Assembly (NCBI GenBank): GCA_023137195.1
Contig: JAGLPV010000001.1
Span: 106,242 to 170,241 of the forward strand
Source of the DNA: Candidatus Aenigmatarchaeota archaeon
GTDB lineage: Archaea; EX4484-52
DNA: 64,000 bases
Direction: 5' to 3'
A program made the translations under genes and the position numbers. Shown here piece after piece: positions 61,029 to 64,000 of this stretch. The notes beneath the pieces are model-generated. The model was not told the DNA's origin and made no database searches. It saw nothing but the letters and a program-made list of their open reading frames with translations. Positions within the stretch are counted from its first letter, which is position 1, and the number at the start of each line of letters is the position of its first letter.

Positions 61029-61465
61029 AAGGAATTATTTTTGATTTTAATAGAACTCTGTATAATCCTGAAACTAATAATTTAACCCCGGGAGTTATTG
61101 ATTTACTTGCTTCTTTGAAAAATTCCGGTTATAGGTTGTGCTTAATCAGTAAAGCTACAACTGAAAATAGGAGAGAAGAAATATCTGATTTGGGTTTAGA
61201 CCCTTATTTTGTTTATATTCAAGTTAATGAAGGAAATAAAAATGCATCTCACTTTAGAAACTGTATGGATATTTTAGAGTGCAATCCTGAAGATATTTTA
61301 GTAATAGGCGATAGAATTAAAGGAGAAATTTACCTCGCAAATCAACTTGGGATGAAAACAATTTGGTATAAATCAGGAAAATTTTCAACTGAGCTTCCCT
61401 CTAATGAAAAGGAAAAACCTAATCATACAATAACTATCCTTTCAGATGTATTGAAATACTTGTGA
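60971..61465 (+). CDS. HAD-superfamily hydrolase
   Basis: Motif I region GIIFDFNRTLY (D-x-N variant), LISKATT (motif II S/T), and VIGDRIKGEI (motif IV). The start is uncertain: the ATG at 60971 and the GTG at 61016 both lie inside the repeat element. The track start at 60866 adds a non-HAD hydrophobic leader. Confidence 0.65.
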   Translation: MYFASISRHITCIPFVSRYKGIIFDFNRTLYNPETNNLTPGVIDLLASLKNSGYRLCLISKATTENRREEISDLGLDPYFVYIQVNEGNKNASHFRNCMDILECNPEDILVIGDRIKGEIYLANQLGMKTIWYKSGKFSTELPSNEKEKPNHTITILSDVLKYL

Positions 61466-61623
61466 AATATAGGAAATAAAAAACTTAACGCTTCAACTAC
61501 GTTGCGCTTGAACTTCATTTGTTTAGGACAGATAAAGGGGCTTATTATCGTTGGTATTTTCCTAAATTCTCACTTCATTTGGAACTCTTTAATTGAGGAA
61601 ATTAAATTGGGATAACAGAAACA

Positions 61624-62583
61624 TTACTGTATAAAAGAATATATAATTTCCATGAGTTTTTTGGAATCATGAAGCATGGAGTCATTTTTAAGCAGTAAAT
61701 TTTTCCCAATGTATTTTTTCATGTTCGGTAATTTTTGGAAATTCACGACATCTATCAGTTCCGGGTATTTTTTTCGATACTCTTCTATTGTTTGTTTGCC
61801 AGGTATAAAATTATTGAAGATTACACTGTCCAGTTCACATCCAATGTATTTTTCTATTTTTTCGGCAAAATCACTGACATTGAACTCTTGAGTCTCCCCG
61901 GATTTCGTCATAATAGGGCAAATAAATATTTTTTTCGCTTTTGTTTTTTGCATGGCTTCTTTTATGCCTTCGGGCAAAAAGCACGGGATGATGCTTGAGT
62001 AAATGTCTCCCGGACCGAGAATAATCAAGTCTGCTTTTTCTATGGTCTGCAATACTTTCGAATATGCCTTTGCTTTGGGTTTTAAGTAAACGTCCCTGAT
62101 TTTTAGATTCGGGTTGTGATTTTTTGGAACATCGATTTCGTCTTCTCCTTTGATTTCATCCCCGTTTTCCAAGGTTGCGTAAATGTGGGTTTTATCTGTT
62201 GTTGCAGGTAGTACTGTGCCTTTGACTTCCAGAAATTCGCTGGTGTGATTAAGTGCTATTTGGAAATCTTTGCATATTACTTCGAGACCCGCGATAAAAA
62301 TGTTTCCAAAACTGTTTCCTTTGTGACCGCCTTCAAATTCCTCGTTGCCGAATCGGAAGTCGAATAGTTTCTTTTTCCATTCGGGTGCATTTGATAAAGC
62401 TAGTAGATGTCGTCTTATATCTCCGGGCGGCAGGACGTCCATTTCTTTTCTTAGCTTTCCTGTTGAACCGCCTGAATCTACCATAGAGGTTACTGTTGTT
62501 ATTTTGACAGGGTATTTTTTTAGCTCTTCCAAAACAACTTTTGGCATTGCATTTCCCCCGCCGAAACAAAGTATATTTTTCAT
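61624..62583 (-). CDS. YvcK/CofD-family protein (UPF0052, 2-phospho-L-lactate-transferase-like fold)
   Basis: MKNILCFGGGNAMPKVVLEELKKYPVKITTVTSMVDSGGSTGKLRKEMDVLPPGDIRRHLLALS and LIILGPGDIYSSIIP. Start moved to the ATG at 62581-62583; the track's extra 24 codons do not match the family. Confidence 0.75.
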   Translation of the reverse strand: MKNILCFGGGNAMPKVVLEELKKYPVKITTVTSMVDSGGSTGKLRKEMDVLPPGDIRRHLLALSNAPEWKKKLFDFRFGNEEFEGGHKGNSFGNIFIAGLEVICKDFQIALNHTSEFLEVKGTVLPATTDKTHIYATLENGDEIKGEDEIDVPKNHNPNLKIRDVYLKPKAKAYSKVLQTIEKADLIILGPGDIYSSIIPCFLPEGIKEAMQKTKAKKIFICPIMTKSGETQEFNVSDFAEKIEKYIGCELDSVIFNNFIPGKQTIEEYRKKYPELIDVVNFQKLPNMKKYIGKNLLLKNDSMLHDSKKLMEIIYSFIQ

Positions 62584-62708
62584 GAAATTAAATAATGAAT
62601 TATTTATAAAAAGATTAACATTTATTAAATTCTCCTTCATTATAGGCAAAAGCAAAAAAATCCTGTGGTGTGCGGGAGTTTAGAAGGAGTAGGAAGTAAA
62701 TATTTACA

Positions 62709-64000
62709 ATGGAGAAATACATAACTATCAAAGGGGCGCGGGAGCATAACCTGCAAAATGTCAATGCAAAAATTCCGAAGAACAAAATTACAGTGATTAC
62801 AGGGGTTTCCGGCTCAGGAAAGAGTACTCTTGCATTTAATACTCTTTATGCTGAAGGTCAGCGAAGGTATGTAAATTCTCTTTCAAGTTATGCAAGAATG
62901 TTCCTTGGTGTGATGAAAAAGCCGGATGTGGATTCTATTGTCGGGTTGTGTCCTGCAATTTCAATAGACCAGAAATCCATGAGTTCAAATCCCCGTTCAA
63001 CTGTTGGGACAACTACAGAGATATATGATTATTTGCGGTTGTTGTTTGCTCGGGTTGGTGTTGCGCATTGCCCGGAATGCGGGAGGAAAATACAGAAGCA
63101 GAGTACAGATTCTATTATTTCTAACCTGCTTTCCAGGGAAGATATTGAAAATAAACAACTGCTTGTGTTGTCTCCTATTGTCCGTAGCCAGAAGGGGGAA
63201 TTCCATGAGTTGTTTAAATCGTTATTTAGGCAGGGTTTTAGTCGGGTTATTGTGGATGAAAAAATGCATAAGACCAAGGAGAGTATTGATTTAGAAAAAA
63301 ATACAAAACACGATATTTCTATTGTGGTTGACAGGCTGGAAATTGATAAAGACAACAAGGATTTTTTATTTCGTTTGAAACAGGCAGTTGACAAGTCCTG
63401 CAACGAGGCAGAAGGGCTTGTGATTTTGAGGGTTCTGTCGGGGAGAGTCCATGAAGATTATGTTTACAGCAAGAGATATGCCTGCATTAAATGCAATGTG
63501 AATATCCCTGAATACAGTCCAAGGATGTTTTCGTTCAATAATCCTTTTGGTGCATGCCCGTCATGCCAAGGGTTGGGGGCTAAGATAGATTTTGATGAAG
63601 ACCTTGTGATACCTGACAGGAATTTGAGCATAATAGACGGGGCGATAGCTCCATGGTCATCGAAGTCCACGACAACTTACTATATACAGAAATTAAAGAG
63701 CGTGGGGGCTTATTTTGGATTTGATATTTTTACTCCGATTAAAAAAATTCCAAAAGATAAGATGGAAGTAATTCTTTATGGCTCGAAGGGGATTTCGATA
63801 AAGACGATTTACCAGCACCAGAAAAATCCAGGGTCATGGACGACATTCAGTGCGTATGAAGGGGTGATTCCAAATTTAAGGAGAATGCTGAAAGATACAA
63901 AAAGCGAGTATGTGAAAAATAAGCTGATGAAATTCATAAAGGAGAAGAAATGTCCTGAATGCGATGGGAAGCGCCTGAAAAAGGAAGTTTTGTGTGTGAA
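62709..64000 (+). CDS. uvrA: Excinuclease ABC subunit A (5' partial; continues beyond the window)
   Basis: Not in the ORF track (no stop in window). Hand translation gives MEKYITIKGAREHNLQNVNAKIPKNKITVITGVSGSGKSTLAFNTLYAEGQRRYVNSLSSYARMFLG...PAISIDQK, the canonical UvrA N-terminus. Zinc-finger cysteines (CPECG, CIKC, CPSCQG) follow. Confidence 0.95.
   Translation, partial: MEKYITIKGAREHNLQNVNAKIPKNKITVITGVSGSGKSTLAFNTLYAEGQRRYVNSLSSYARMFLGVMKKPDVDSIVGLCPAISIDQKSMSSNPRSTVGTTTEIYDYLRLLFARVGVAHCPECGRKIQKQSTDSIISNLLSREDIENKQLLVLSPIVRSQKGEFHELFKSLFRQGFSRVIVDEKMHKTKESIDLEKNTKHDISIVVDRLEIDKDNKDFLFRLKQAVDKSCNEAEGLVILRVLSGRVHEDYVYSKRYACIKCNVNIPEYSPRMFSFNNPFGACPSCQGLGAKIDFDEDLVIPDRNLSIIDGAIAPWSSKSTTTYYIQKLKSVGAYFGFDIFTPIKKIPKDKMEVILYGSKGISIKTIYQHQKNPGSWTTFSAYEGVIPNLRRMLKDTKSEYVKNKLMKFIKEKKCPECDGKRLKKEVLCV

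Noticed and set aside
62584-62655. The 24-codon N-terminal extension of the YvcK/CofD-like gene in the ORF track
   Set aside because: Family homology begins at MKNILCFGGGN (ATG at 62581-62583). The extension (MLLPIMKENLINVNLFINNSLFNF) looks like translated AT-rich spacer.

Overview
The window is AT-rich and looks archaeal. Markers are RadB, an ATP-dependent DNA ligase, a class-III-signal pilin, TrmB and Lrp regulators, a TBP-like protein, archaetidylserine synthase and decarboxylase, and a tRNA-Trp with encoded CCA. The gene content and the giant surface protein suggest a DPANN/Woesearchaeota-like lineage, but that is inference. I found about 55 protein genes, one tRNA, no rRNA and no CRISPR array.

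Every gene from nt 1 to 32585 is on the minus strand. That block is dominated by one uninterrupted 17,022-nt ORF (4875-21896, 5,673 aa). It encodes a secreted protein with 11 LamG-type lectin domains, six of them in an ~880-bp tandem array. It also has a DUF2341-like module, Ig-like modules, an Asn/Thr-rich sequon-dense segment with different codon usage, and a three-TM coiled-coil C-terminus. A KaiC-like ATPase gene starts 5 nt after its stop. Upstream lie a DHH phosphoesterase, a large TM protein, a degenerate MCM-like protein, a DUF2341 plus seven-blade RCC1 secreted protein, and a pilin-like gene.

The second half is mostly housekeeping: lig, glnA, pyrC/K/D/E/F, pcm, a DEAD-box helicase, partial uvrA, pssA/psd and a MacB-like ABC operon. 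It also carries two type II toxin-antitoxin pairs.

Structure that the genes do not explain:
- A five-copy dispersed two-hairpin element with compensatory stem changes.
- A 29-nt GAAAC-TATA-GAAAC promoter/operator motif shared by three adjacent transcription units, next to a membrane-tethered HTH regulator.
- A hairpin-dense 217-nt spacer upstream of radB.
- Gene remnants: a GH15 N-terminus, an IS5-like transposase C-terminus, and a possibly truncated MazF.

All domain calls come from motif recognition by eye. No HMM, BLAST or folding computation was run.
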